Virus record (IMG/VR): IMGVR_UViG_3300042881_006586
DNA from: a virus
Direction: 5' to 3' (one strand)
Length of the DNA: 64,000 bases
The notes beneath the pieces were generated by a model, which was not told where the DNA came from, ran no database searches, and was given only the letters and a program-made list of their open reading frames with translations. Both the position numbers and the translations under genes were made by a program. Positions 46,024 to 55,893 of the stretch are shown piece after piece; the stretch's first letter is position 1, and each line of letters opens with the position of its first letter.

Positions 46024-47847
46024 ATGAGTATTATTTCTTCTAACAAACTTGGTAATATTACTACCAATAGAGAACGCTCACTTCGTCAAGAAATTACGGA
46101 GCGTTATGAAAACGTTGGTCGAGTTATCAACGAAAGAGGTCAAGTCCTTAAAGAAGGTGTGAATTGGCTTGGTGGACTTAAAGGTCACGTAAAAGACAAT
46201 ATCGCTTTGCTTTTCGAAAATCAAGCTAAGATTCTTAATGAGCAAACTGATTCATCTTCAAGCGGTTCTTTTGAAACAGTTGCGTTTCCTATGATTCGCA
46301 GAATTTTCTCTAAATTGCTTGCTAACGATATCGTATCTGTACAAGCGATGACACATCCTTCAGGAACATTGTTCTTCTACTATCCTCAGATTTCTGATAG
46401 AGTTGTAACTGTTGACCCTATTACAGGTTATGAAGTTCAAAGCCATACTTCACAAATTGCTAACCTTCCTGCATGTATCAGCGGTCACAACTGTTCTGAT
46501 ACCACTTTCACAGGTTGCAAATCATTGTATGACCGTTTCTATGATGATGGTACATATGATTTCTCTAAAGGTAAATTCACTGTTGTTACAGCTACAGGTG
46601 AAGCAGTTTCTTTGGATGTAAACGGTTGTTGGACAACTTACACTCCTGCAATTGCAACTGATGGTTCACTTCGTCACGTTAAATTTGGTGTTACAGGTTT
46701 TGATAATAGCAATCTTTCTTCTTCTAAAGGTCACACTGCTCGTTTGGGTGGTCGTGGTGGAAAAGGTCTTGAAATTGATAACCAAGAATTCCTTGCTTCT
46801 TTCACTGTTATTTGGGCAAATGTTGCTCCACTTCTTGACCCTAACGGAAATGTTATCTTCAACGAAGGTGATGTTATTCCTTTCCGTTCAGTGGCTCAAA
46901 AATATGGTCAAAGACTTGTACATTGGTCTGATTGGTGTGACCCTAATGGTACATTCTACATTGAATTGGATTTGACTCAACCTAATCCTGACTGTGTTGG
47001 TTGTCCTACATTTGATGGTTACATCGGTGCTGCATCAGGTACTACTTTTGCTGCAGAAGATATCGCTTTCGTTTGGAGACGTTATGATGACCTTGAATAC
47101 GAAACAGAAATGGGTGAAGTAACATTTACAATTGAGAAAATCAACGTAACTGTTAAACCTCGCAAACTTCGTGCTCGTTGGAGTCCTGAACTTGCTCAAG
47201 ACGTTAATGCTTATCATAACATTGATGCTGAAGCAGAACTTACTGCTCTTCTTTCTGAGCAAATCGCTATGGAAATCGACCGTGAAATTCTTCGTGAATT
47301 GAAGCGTGGTGCTGCTTGGACTCTTCGTTGGGACTTCTTGGGATGGAAATATCAAGGTTCTCAAAAATACACTGAGAAAGAGTGGAAACAAACTCTTATC
47401 ACTCGTATCAACCAACTTTCTGCTCAAATCCACAAATCTACTCTTCGTGGCGGTGCTAACTTTATCGTAGTTTCTACTGAGGTTTCTGCATTGTTCGATG
47501 ACCTTGAAAACTTCATGGTTTCTAACGGTAACGTGGATGATGACAAATACAACTTGGGTATGCGTAGAATCGGTACTTTGAGTGGTCGTTACACTGTATA
47601 TGTTGACCCATATGCAAAAGCAGGTGACATTTTGATTGGTCACAAAGGTAGCTCTATCCTTGACACAGGATACATCTATGCTCCTTATGTACCACTTCAA
47701 TTAACTCCAACTTTGACTGACCCTCATACTTTCACAAATGTAAAAGGTATCACTACTCGCTACGCTACTGCTTACATTAACAATCATTATTTTGCAAGAG
47801 TTGTTGTAGATAACATTCCTACATTCGACACTCGTGAATTGAGATAG
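46024..47847 (+). CDS. gp23: Major capsid protein (T4 gp23-like)
   Basis: FPMIRR..LLANDIVSVQAM..P.G, RKLRARWSPELAQD..AYHNIDAEAEL, EIDREIL, YAPYVPL, TRY motifs; highly expressed codon bias. Confidence 0.97.
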   Translation: MSIISSNKLGNITTNRERSLRQEITERYENVGRVINERGQVLKEGVNWLGGLKGHVKDNIALLFENQAKILNEQTDSSSSGSFETVAFPMIRRIFSKLLANDIVSVQAMTHPSGTLFFYYPQISDRVVTVDPITGYEVQSHTSQIANLPACISGHNCSDTTFTGCKSLYDRFYDDGTYDFSKGKFTVVTATGEAVSLDVNGCWTTYTPAIATDGSLRHVKFGVTGFDNSNLSSSKGHTARLGGRGGKGLEIDNQEFLASFTVIWANVAPLLDPNGNVIFNEGDVIPFRSVAQKYGQRLVHWSDWCDPNGTFYIELDLTQPNPDCVGCPTFDGYIGAASGTTFAAEDIAFVWRRYDDLEYETEMGEVTFTIEKINVTVKPRKLRARWSPELAQDVNAYHNIDAEAELTALLSEQIAMEIDREILRELKRGAAWTLRWDFLGWKYQGSQKYTEKEWKQTLITRINQLSAQIHKSTLRGGANFIVVSTEVSALFDDLENFMVSNGNVDDDKYNLGMRRIGTLSGRYTVYVDPYAKAGDILIGHKGSSILDTGYIYAPYVPLQLTPTLTDPHTFTNVKGITTRYATAYINNHYFARVVVDNIPTFDTRELR

Positions 47848-47868
47848 TCAAAATTTCATTTGAAATTT

Positions 47869-47905
47869 AAAAGACCTCTAAAGAAATTTAGGGGTCTTTT
47901 TTTTT
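47869..47905 (+). terminator. Capsid operon terminator
   Basis: AAAAGACCTCTAAA...TTTAGGGGTCTTTTTTT. Confidence 0.85.
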
Positions 47906-47955
47906 GTTTATTTATATTTATATATAAAAAAGTAGATATTTATATATAAAAATAA

Positions 47956-49395
47956 ATGGATTTTGAATCTTTCATAAAAGAAGCTATAAATGAAATCCAA
48001 TCAAAAGAAGATAAAATTCAAAAGAAAAAAATAGTAATTGAATTTGAAATTGATTGGAATAAAGACATAGGTAAAGTTAAACAAGAAATTACTTTAGCTA
48101 TGTCTAAAGATAGTATTGGTTTATTTAAACTCGGAAAAGATATTGAAAAATTTTCAGGCTTAACTTTAAAAGATGCAGAAAAATCTAAAGAAACTCCTGA
48201 TGATGCGTATGTCTATGGATTATGTAATGTTATGAATGGAGGTAAAGATATATTCTTTTGGACTAACGGTACTCGCCTTTCAGGAGCTGCTAAAAAATCA
48301 GGTGTATTAGAAGCGATTATAGAGCAAATTTCTCATGAATGTGTTCATTTGACTCGTTTAATATTATCAAAACATGTCTTTGAAAAAGATGAAGAGTGGT
48401 ATACTAAAGATTTAGTTATAAGTGACAAAAAAGGAAAAAATATTATTGATGAGGAAGCTTTTGCTACTGCTGAAGGAATAATAGCTGAAAAAATCCTTCC
48501 ATATTTTTTAGACATGGCAAAAGAGTATATACCTCAATTGAGAAAATTAAATTTAAATGAATCAAAAAATCTCACAGGGTTAAGAAGATGGTTCAAAGAA
48601 AAATGGGTAGATGTCTCAAGAAAAGTAGATGGTAAACATCCTGAATGTGGAAGAAGTGATGCTGATAAAGGTGCTTATCCTAAATGCAGACCTTCAAAAA
48701 AAGTAAACAGTAAAACTCCAAAGATAGCTTCATCATTTTCAAAAAAAGAAAAACAATCAATGGTAAGAAAAAAGAGGGCTGCAGAAAAAAAACCAAGACA
48801 AGGTAAAACTCCTCATTATACAACTTATAAAGAATCTGAAGAAATGAATATAAACGAAACAGAATTGTGTGCAAGAGGAAAGGATGCTGCAAAAGAGAAG
48901 TTTGATGTGTATCCAAGTATCTATGCTAATTCTTTTGCAGTTAAAGTCTGCAAAGGACAGGTAAAAGGTCTCGATGGAAAAAAATCTGTTGCATCAGGAT
49001 ACCAAAAGAAAAAAGGTAAACCAAAAAGAATTAAAGAATCCTTTGAAGATTTAAAACTTGATTTGATAAATGATAGAGTTCTAAATGAATCATATCAATG
49101 GGTTCTTCAGGAAGCAACATACAAAGGAAAAAAAGTTACCCTTAATAGACCGTTTAGACAGGCTGCTGCAGGTAAAAAGTTTGCAGTATATGTCAAAGCT
49201 CCTTCAGGGAATGTAAAGAGAATTAGATTTGGAGCTCAAGGTTATCGTGTTAGAAATGCGAACAAAGGTGCAGCAAGTAATTTTCAAAAGAGACATAAAT
49301 GCTCTGAAAAGAAAGATAGAACAAAGGCAGGATATTGGGCTTGCAGAGCACATTTATATTCAAGTTTAAAATTGGCATCCTCAAGAAAATGGTAA
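47956..49395 (+). CDS. Multi-module protein: HExxH domain plus three basic Cys-containing modules separated by (L/I)xE sites
   Basis: ISHECVH; LNE|..RRWFKEKWVD..CGR..YPKCRP; INE|.ELCARG..YPS.YAN; LQE|ATYKGKKV.LN.PFR..KKFAVYVK..RHKC..AGYWAC. Confidence 0.7.
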   Translation: MDFESFIKEAINEIQSKEDKIQKKKIVIEFEIDWNKDIGKVKQEITLAMSKDSIGLFKLGKDIEKFSGLTLKDAEKSKETPDDAYVYGLCNVMNGGKDIFFWTNGTRLSGAAKKSGVLEAIIEQISHECVHLTRLILSKHVFEKDEEWYTKDLVISDKKGKNIIDEEAFATAEGIIAEKILPYFLDMAKEYIPQLRKLNLNESKNLTGLRRWFKEKWVDVSRKVDGKHPECGRSDADKGAYPKCRPSKKVNSKTPKIASSFSKKEKQSMVRKKRAAEKKPRQGKTPHYTTYKESEEMNINETELCARGKDAAKEKFDVYPSIYANSFAVKVCKGQVKGLDGKKSVASGYQKKKGKPKRIKESFEDLKLDLINDRVLNESYQWVLQEATYKGKKVTLNRPFRQAAAGKKFAVYVKAPSGNVKRIRFGAQGYRVRNANKGAASNFQKRHKCSEKKDRTKAGYWACRAHLYSSLKLASSRKW

Positions 49396-49396
49396 T

Positions 49397-50266
49397 ATGG
49401 AAAAATTAGTTTATTCAGAATATATCCCTGTAGAAATACTTAAATTAGTCAAAAAAGATAAAGGAATCTTTGATGGATATTCCTATCAAAAATTTTTGAA
49501 TGAAACTTGTCCTGATATTCAAGAAAGTTTAAAGGAATTGCAATATATAAAAAAAGAATTTCCTTTGGATGAAGATTTTGTTAGAGAGTATGATGATATT
49601 GCTACAATATTTTCAGAATATTTTTCTTTTCAAGACGATGTTCGTGAATCTATTGAAAGTATTATAGATGATTCTCGTATAATAATTTCAATAATAAAAT
49701 GGTATTATAATAGAATAAGACCTTACCAATTGGCTAAAAAATATAATATTGAAATTGATAATCTTTTGCTTGATACAATGGTAAATCCAAGTTTTCCATC
49801 GGGACATTCTGCTCAATCTTATATCATAGCTTATTATTTTGGGGGAATTTATCCCGACCTTAAAAAAGATTTATTAGAGTTAGCTAATAAGATTTCAGTT
49901 TCAAGATTGGCAGCTAAAGCGCATTATCCAAGTGATATTGCTTTTGGAAGAGTTATAGGTCAAGATATGGCAAATTTTCTTATAGATAACAAAGTAGATT
50001 TAGATGCTGAAAAATTGCCATTTGACGAAGAAAAATACAAAGGATATGTTATCAGGTCTTTTTCGAAAGATATTGCCTCAGATGAGCTAAAATGGCACAC
50101 AGATGGGGAGCATAGAACAATAATTCCTTTGAATGAGAATGATTGGATGATACAATTGGATAATGAGCTTCCAAAACCTATCAAAGGAAAAATATTTATT
50201 CCTGAAGGAAAATATCATAGAGTTATCAAAGGAACTACAGATTTACATATTAAAGTAATAAAATAA
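49397..50266 (+). CDS. PAP2-superfamily acid phosphatase fused to a cupin-like domain
   Basis: KWYYNRIRP, PSFPSGH, SRLAAKAHYPSD; C-terminal WHTD...IPEGKYHRVIKG. Confidence 0.85.
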   Translation: MEKLVYSEYIPVEILKLVKKDKGIFDGYSYQKFLNETCPDIQESLKELQYIKKEFPLDEDFVREYDDIATIFSEYFSFQDDVRESIESIIDDSRIIISIIKWYYNRIRPYQLAKKYNIEIDNLLLDTMVNPSFPSGHSAQSYIIAYYFGGIYPDLKKDLLELANKISVSRLAAKAHYPSDIAFGRVIGQDMANFLIDNKVDLDAEKLPFDEEKYKGYVIRSFSKDIASDELKWHTDGEHRTIIPLNENDWMIQLDNELPKPIKGKIFIPEGKYHRVIKGTTDLHIKVIK

Positions 50267-50271
50267 ACAAT

Positions 50272-50625
50272 ATGAAACTTATACTTAACGAAAATACTAA
50301 AAAGACTCTTCTCAGTGAGAATTTGAAATATCATTTGAAAAATAGAATAACTATACACGAATCAGTTTTCAGAATCGGTTCAGATTCTTGGTGTGATTTG
50401 ATAAATGAAGTAAGAGAATTACATGAGGATGGATTGATTATGTTGAATGAAGAGGAGCAGGAAATCATTGATTCAGATGCAGGTGAATATGGTTTGTATG
50501 AAGGAGAAGATGTTCCTTTGGATGCACCGTTTCTTCTTGAAGTAAAAAATGATGGAACAAAATTGTATGGTGTGTTTGTTCTTGATGAACACGAAAATAC
50601 TAAAAAAGTAGTTTTTAAAGCATAA
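50272..50625 (+). CDS. Hypothetical protein with leader
   Basis: Starts MKLILNE...LLSENLKYHL. Confidence 0.7.
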   Translation: MKLILNENTKKTLLSENLKYHLKNRITIHESVFRIGSDSWCDLINEVRELHEDGLIMLNEEEQEIIDSDAGEYGLYEGEDVPLDAPFLLEVKNDGTKLYGVFVLDEHENTKKVVFKA

Positions 50626-50659
50626 TAAAAAAGCCTCTGAATTTCTTCAGAGGCTTTTG
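50626..50659. terminator. Bidirectional terminator (CCTCTGA/TCAGAGG family)
   Basis: AAAAGCCTCTGAA-TTTC-TTCAGAGGCTTTT. Confidence 0.85.
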
Positions 50660-50669
50660 TTTTTAGTTG

Positions 50670-53342
50670 TTAAGCTGTTATTGAAACTGTTTGGGTAACT
50701 GTTCCATCAAAATACTGTAAATAATAATTAGTATCACTACTTCTTATTACTGTACAATTATACTCTGCATAAACATGAGTGGCTGTTGAAAAGTTAGTTG
50801 CTGATATTGGATATAGAATTTGATTATATTTGAAATAATCAACTATAGTATTATTAAAAAAATTATTACCAATAACATTATCATAACAGTCCACACCTAT
50901 AGTATTATTTGCAAAGCTATTACCAATTTTATTTCCTCTTAGAACACTTCCACCATAACCAAAAGAATTTCCAATTGTATTATTTCCGAAATTATCGCCA
51001 ATTATATTATAAGCAAAATCTTCTCCAACATTATTATCAAGAAAATTATTTCCAATTACATTGTTTCTAAATTCTGTTTCACTTTCATTTGAAACAAAGT
51101 CATGTCCAATATGGTTTTTGAAAAAATTACCTTCTGCAAGATTATTTTTAAAATCATTTCCAATAATATTATCAGTAAAATCATAACTTCCAATGAAATC
51201 CGAATTACCAATTGTATTATTGTCAAAATAATCTAAAATTTGGTTGTCGGCAAATACATTATAGATTACATTATCATTATACGCATTACCGATATGATTT
51301 CCATAGAACTCATCCCAAATCCAATTGTTATTAAAACCATTGCCTATGAAGTTTTTATAGAAATCGTCACGAAGAGCGATATAATTATCATTAAAACCAT
51401 TATTAATTACATTATTTTGAAAATCGTCAGTACCTGTAACATTATTTTCAAAGTTTTCTCCAATTTTATTTCTCCAAGTTTCACCATTAAATACGTTATC
51501 CGTAAAATATTCTCCAACTACATTTGCATAAAAACCTCTTCTTAAAGAATTGTTTTGGAAAGTACCACTGATTTGGTTTCTGTTGAACCAATTGTAAGTA
51601 GAGTTATTGAAACATCTGTCACCTAATTTATTAGAATAAGAATTGAAACCAAATACATTGTTTGCAAGAAGGAAGTCACTATTACTTAAATTACCTTGAA
51701 TGTAAAAAGTAGAGTAGTCTCCAATCCAATTATTAGTGGAAGTTACCTCGTCATTTAACTGTAATTCTTCTTGAGAACGGAAAGTAGTCATTTCTCTGTA
51801 TACGTCATCAATAATGTTGTTATTTTTATATTCGTAACTTCTATATCTTACAGAAAAATCTGTATAAATAAAGTTAGCTCCATCATAGATGTCATCACCG
51901 CCATCATCAATAGTGTTTTCTCCCTCATCATTTATATCTGCAACATCATTGAATAGATAAATGTCAGGTACAAGTGCTGTTAAAGTTGAATAGTTAGTAT
52001 TAAGTATATTTAAAGTATTTGCAATATTTGCACCTTCAACTAAATTAAGGTAAGCATCAACTAAGGCTTCAAAATCTGCATCCTCAAGTTTATCACCTGT
52101 TCCTCTTGAAGTAAGTAGGTAATGTATTTCAGTTACGCCTGTTGTTGCCAAGTTACTTATTTCATGAAAGTCATCAGTAGTTGAAGAATCATAAGTTTGT
52201 GAAATACCTGTACCATCACCATTTACAATAAATATTTGATTGATAGAAGGGTCATCTGCATCATACACTCTTTTAATAAAAGCAGTATAATCATTTCCAT
52301 TTACATTTGTTGTGTACTGATTAATGTCTGCAGTTCCATCTCCATCTGCTCCAATATTACCATCGATTCGGAAGAAATCAATTTCGATGTCTTTAGCAGC
52401 CATTACGAAAAGTCCTGCGTAGAGGTTTGTAAAATATTCTGAAGTACCAATACTTCCGCAAAAATAATTTACACCACTTTTAACTTGCCCATCCATAATA
52501 AAATCTCCAATTAAAGCTTCTTCATCATAAACAACAGGAGGGTCAGTCATTTGAGTGTGAGTATAAGGAATCTGTGATAGTGAACCTTCAGTTTGCGAGG
52601 TTGCTTTATAATATTTTTCTCCGCTAAAACTCTTATTTTCAACAGAAGTTACTACCATATCAGTTGCTGAATTGATTGTTAAAACTTTGTACCAATATTT
52701 ATCAACATAAATAACATCTCCTTCAATCAACTCATTTATAAAGTCTGTATCAATTCCTACTACAGTAATTTCATAACCTCCTGTTGTAGGAGTTGATACT
52801 GTTGTACTTGTAGTACCTGTTAATGGACTATCAAAATTATGAAAATAAGTTTTATAACGTTTGAAAAGAATTGTTCTGTGGTCGTAATCTGTACGATTGT
52901 TCCACTCATCAATTCTTTCAGTAATTCTACCATAGGCATCACCACTTGTAGATTCAGTTGTATCAAAGAAAACATCATATTTGATTTTATCATTAGGATA
53001 TTTAGGTTGATATGCATCAGGAGCAAGAGTGTTTTCTGATGTAGCCATAACAATTATTGGCTCTATATCTGCTTCTTTATAAGTACCATTAGTACTATTT
53101 CCATTAGCATTATAATCAGGTTGGTCATAACAAGTTCTAAAATCTGTTATGATGTAATGTGAACCTGTAATTAAAGCTGAATTATCAATTAATTTTGTTA
53201 ATGTTTCATAAGTAACTTCAATTGCATTTGCAAATGCTTTTGCCGAATTCAAAGTGAACTTTTGAGATATACCGCCTGTTTGGGTATAAATCTCTTCAGC
53301 ACCATTTAAAGTTGGTCTTGTAGGAAAATTATTTGGTTTCAT
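50670..53342 (-). CDS. Beta-helix tailspike/fibre-like protein A with shared N-terminal module
   Basis: MKPNNFPTRPTLNGAEEIYTQ; NNxIGxxF repeats; late motif upstream. Confidence 0.75.
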   Translation of the reverse strand: MKPNNFPTRPTLNGAEEIYTQTGGISQKFTLNSAKAFANAIEVTYETLTKLIDNSALITGSHYIITDFRTCYDQPDYNANGNSTNGTYKEADIEPIIVMATSENTLAPDAYQPKYPNDKIKYDVFFDTTESTSGDAYGRITERIDEWNNRTDYDHRTILFKRYKTYFHNFDSPLTGTTSTTVSTPTTGGYEITVVGIDTDFINELIEGDVIYVDKYWYKVLTINSATDMVVTSVENKSFSGEKYYKATSQTEGSLSQIPYTHTQMTDPPVVYDEEALIGDFIMDGQVKSGVNYFCGSIGTSEYFTNLYAGLFVMAAKDIEIDFFRIDGNIGADGDGTADINQYTTNVNGNDYTAFIKRVYDADDPSINQIFIVNGDGTGISQTYDSSTTDDFHEISNLATTGVTEIHYLLTSRGTGDKLEDADFEALVDAYLNLVEGANIANTLNILNTNYSTLTALVPDIYLFNDVADINDEGENTIDDGGDDIYDGANFIYTDFSVRYRSYEYKNNNIIDDVYREMTTFRSQEELQLNDEVTSTNNWIGDYSTFYIQGNLSNSDFLLANNVFGFNSYSNKLGDRCFNNSTYNWFNRNQISGTFQNNSLRRGFYANVVGEYFTDNVFNGETWRNKIGENFENNVTGTDDFQNNVINNGFNDNYIALRDDFYKNFIGNGFNNNWIWDEFYGNHIGNAYNDNVIYNVFADNQILDYFDNNTIGNSDFIGSYDFTDNIIGNDFKNNLAEGNFFKNHIGHDFVSNESETEFRNNVIGNNFLDNNVGEDFAYNIIGDNFGNNTIGNSFGYGGSVLRGNKIGNSFANNTIGVDCYDNVIGNNFFNNTIVDYFKYNQILYPISATNFSTATHVYAEYNCTVIRSSDTNYYLQYFDGTVTQTVSITA

Positions 53343-53376
53343 AGTGTGTTTTTTTTATATAAATATATGTATAAAA

Positions 53377-53406
53377 CAAAACCTCTGAATTTCTTCAGAG
53401 GTTTTG
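53377..53406 (-). terminator. Terminator (CCTCTGA/TCAGAGG family)
   Basis: 20-bp core identical to 50634-50653. Confidence 0.8.
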
Positions 53407-53415
53407 TTGTTATTT

Positions 53416-53661
53416 TTATTTAATCATTTTTAGATTGTGTTTTTCAAGAAAGTCTTTAGGCTCAGAAATTTCCATAGTAGTAAATTCTCTTTTCGCCATA
53501 AGTTTATCAGCTTTCTTTTGGTCTACAACCATTGTACAGAAGTAATGTGTTGCAGGTTTTTCACCTGATTGTGACAACTCAATTGTTAAAATTTTATTAT
53601 TATCTTCTTTTTGTCTTGCTTCTTCAATGCGTGAAGCATCACATAAAATACATATTCTCAT
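53416..53661 (-). CDS. Small protein, possible fibre chaperone
   Basis: 81 aa, LS.SG..PATHYFC motif, follows a fibre-like gene. Confidence 0.55.
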   Translation of the reverse strand: MRICILCDASRIEEARQKEDNNKILTIELSQSGEKPATHYFCTMVVDQKKADKLMAKREFTTMEISEPKDFLEKHNLKMIK

Positions 53662-53688
53662 TTTATTAGATTTTTATTTTTATAATTG

Positions 53689-55599
53689 TTAAGCATCTAC
53701 TGCAACATATTGATTTGTAGTTCCATCAAAATATTCTAAATAATCATTGTTATCATTACCTCTTAATAATGTACAGTTATAACTTCCATAAACATGTGTT
53801 GCACCTGAAAAGTTTATTGCATTCATTACAACAGTAACATTATTAAATTGAAAATCATCTACTATTATATTATTTATAAAATTATTAGTAATAACATTAT
53901 CATAGAAATCTTGACCTATGGTATTACCTTGGAAGTTATTTCCAATTTTATTACCTTTTCCACTTGCTCCGCCATAACCGAAATTATTTCCGATAGTATT
54001 ATTATTAAATATATTAGCAATTTGATTATAACCAAAGTTTTCTCCTATGTTATTAGAAAAAGTGTTATTTCCAATGACATTATAAGTAAAACTATCTTCA
54101 GTTCCATTTGAAACAAAGTCATTTCCTATTTGATTATGTGTAAATTGTCCTAATGTTGAATTACCTTTAAAATTATTTCCAATTACGTTATCTTCAAAAA
54201 TTCCTGCACCAATATCTTCAATATCACCAATAGTGTTATTATTAAAATCATTAGAAATTTTATTATCATAAAAATCTTGATAAATTTCATTGTTATTGAA
54301 ACCATTGCCAATAGTATTATCCTCAAAATTTCTAAAGATGGTATTATTTTCAAATGAATCACCGATTTGATTACGGTCAAAATCATATGTCGAACTACTA
54401 TCTATCCAATTGTTGGTAAAATCGTTGCCAATTCGGTTATTTCTAAAATCAAAATCAGTATTAATAATGGTATTATTCGCAAAGTCCTCACCAACATGGT
54501 TATATTGAAAGTCTGCTGTAATTAGATTATTAGTGAATCCATTTCCGATAACATTTCCATCAAAATCATTATTAGTAATATTGTTATAACAATAATTTCC
54601 TATTGTATTATTGTTACAATCGTCATTAAAAGTATTGTTATAAAAACCATTACCAATGTTATTGTTGTTGTACTCCCCATCTTTGAAAACATTATTTGCA
54701 AGAAGAAAATCACCTTCATTATCTTCAAGGTGTAAATTACTGTAATCTCCAATATAATTATTTATTACGCCATCACCAATTGCATCACCGAATGTGGTAT
54801 ATAAATTAAAATCTGTTGGGTCATCAACATTACTTCTATAGTAACTGTCATAACTTCCTGCGTTAGTAGTATAAAATTCACCGCTTCCACCAAAGGAATT
54901 AATAGATAATCCGCTTACTAACATAAGCGTATCTGATGAAATAGAATCAATTATAAAAAATACTTCATCTGAATTAGGATATGCAATAACATCTCCTATA
55001 GTAAGAGCTGTAAAAAACGTACCGAAACCATTAACAGTTCCATCATTTAATAATTCCATTGTACCTGTTTCAGGAGTTTCTCTACTGAAGTAATAAAATC
55101 TATATCTTTTGAATTCAATAGTTCTATGGTCATAATCTGTACGATTGTTCCACTCATCGATTCTTTCAGTTATTCTTCCAAATGCAACATCTCCTGATTC
55201 AGTTGTAGAATAGTTGATATCATATTTTATTCTATCATTAGGATATTTCAGTTGATATGCATCAATAGCAAATGTATTAAAACTTGTAGCCATTACTATT
55301 ATTGGTTCAATAGCTGCTTGAATATATGTAGAACCTGAAACAATAATGCTGTTTTTATTTTGGTCATAGTCGGGTCTATTGTAACATGTTCTAAAATTAT
55401 TTATAATGTAATGTGAGCCTGCTATTAAAGCTTGATTTGGAATTAAATCATCTTTTAATTCAGCATAAGTAACTTCAATTGCATTTGCATATTTTTTAGC
55501 TTCTTCTAAAGTAAACTTTTGAGATACGTTGGCTGTTTGCGTATAAAGTTCTTCAGTTCCATCCAAACTTGGTCTTAAAGGAAAATTATTTGGTTTCAT
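53689..55599 (-). CDS. Beta-helix tailspike/fibre-like protein B
   Basis: Paralog of A (GRITERIDEWNNRTDYDHR identical); Asn-ladder repeats. Confidence 0.75.
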   Translation of the reverse strand: MKPNNFPLRPSLDGTEELYTQTANVSQKFTLEEAKKYANAIEVTYAELKDDLIPNQALIAGSHYIINNFRTCYNRPDYDQNKNSIIVSGSTYIQAAIEPIIVMATSFNTFAIDAYQLKYPNDRIKYDINYSTTESGDVAFGRITERIDEWNNRTDYDHRTIEFKRYRFYYFSRETPETGTMELLNDGTVNGFGTFFTALTIGDVIAYPNSDEVFFIIDSISSDTLMLVSGLSINSFGGSGEFYTTNAGSYDSYYRSNVDDPTDFNLYTTFGDAIGDGVINNYIGDYSNLHLEDNEGDFLLANNVFKDGEYNNNNIGNGFYNNTFNDDCNNNTIGNYCYNNITNNDFDGNVIGNGFTNNLITADFQYNHVGEDFANNTIINTDFDFRNNRIGNDFTNNWIDSSSTYDFDRNQIGDSFENNTIFRNFEDNTIGNGFNNNEIYQDFYDNKISNDFNNNTIGDIEDIGAGIFEDNVIGNNFKGNSTLGQFTHNQIGNDFVSNGTEDSFTYNVIGNNTFSNNIGENFGYNQIANIFNNNTIGNNFGYGGASGKGNKIGNNFQGNTIGQDFYDNVITNNFINNIIVDDFQFNNVTVVMNAINFSGATHVYGSYNCTLLRGNDNNDYLEYFDGTTNQYVAVDA

Positions 55600-55604
55600 T
55601 TTTT

Positions 55605-55877
55605 TTAGTTTAAATAATTGTTTATTTGTGTTAGGATAAAATCTTTGATTTCAGTTTCGTTATCTGATTTGATAACAGTCATTGGAAGCTTATCATTTGA
55701 TTCAATATCATTTTCAGTATATTTGAACCAAACGGTCAATTTTCTTCCTGAAATAGTTGTCAAAGATTTGAATCTCAAATCCTTTCTTTCTATTTCTTTT
55801 TCAATATTGAAGACAGTTTTTGTTTGAGGATGTCCCATCCCATATATTTCTATTGATTTTTCTATTAAGGTTTTCAT
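55605..55877 (-). CDS. Hypothetical protein
   Basis: 90-aa ORF between tailspike-like genes. Confidence 0.6.
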   Translation of the reverse strand: MKTLIEKSIEIYGMGHPQTKTVFNIEKEIERKDLRFKSLTTISGRKLTVWFKYTENDIESNDKLPMTVIKSDNETEIKDFILTQINNYLN

Positions 55878-55893
55878 TTTATTTGTTTAATTT

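Noticed and set aside
34138-47700. Long antisense and alternate-frame ORFs (34428, 34873, 40056, 44896, 47035 and similar)
   Set aside because: Shadows of strongly biased or repetitive sense genes, with no promoter or protein motifs
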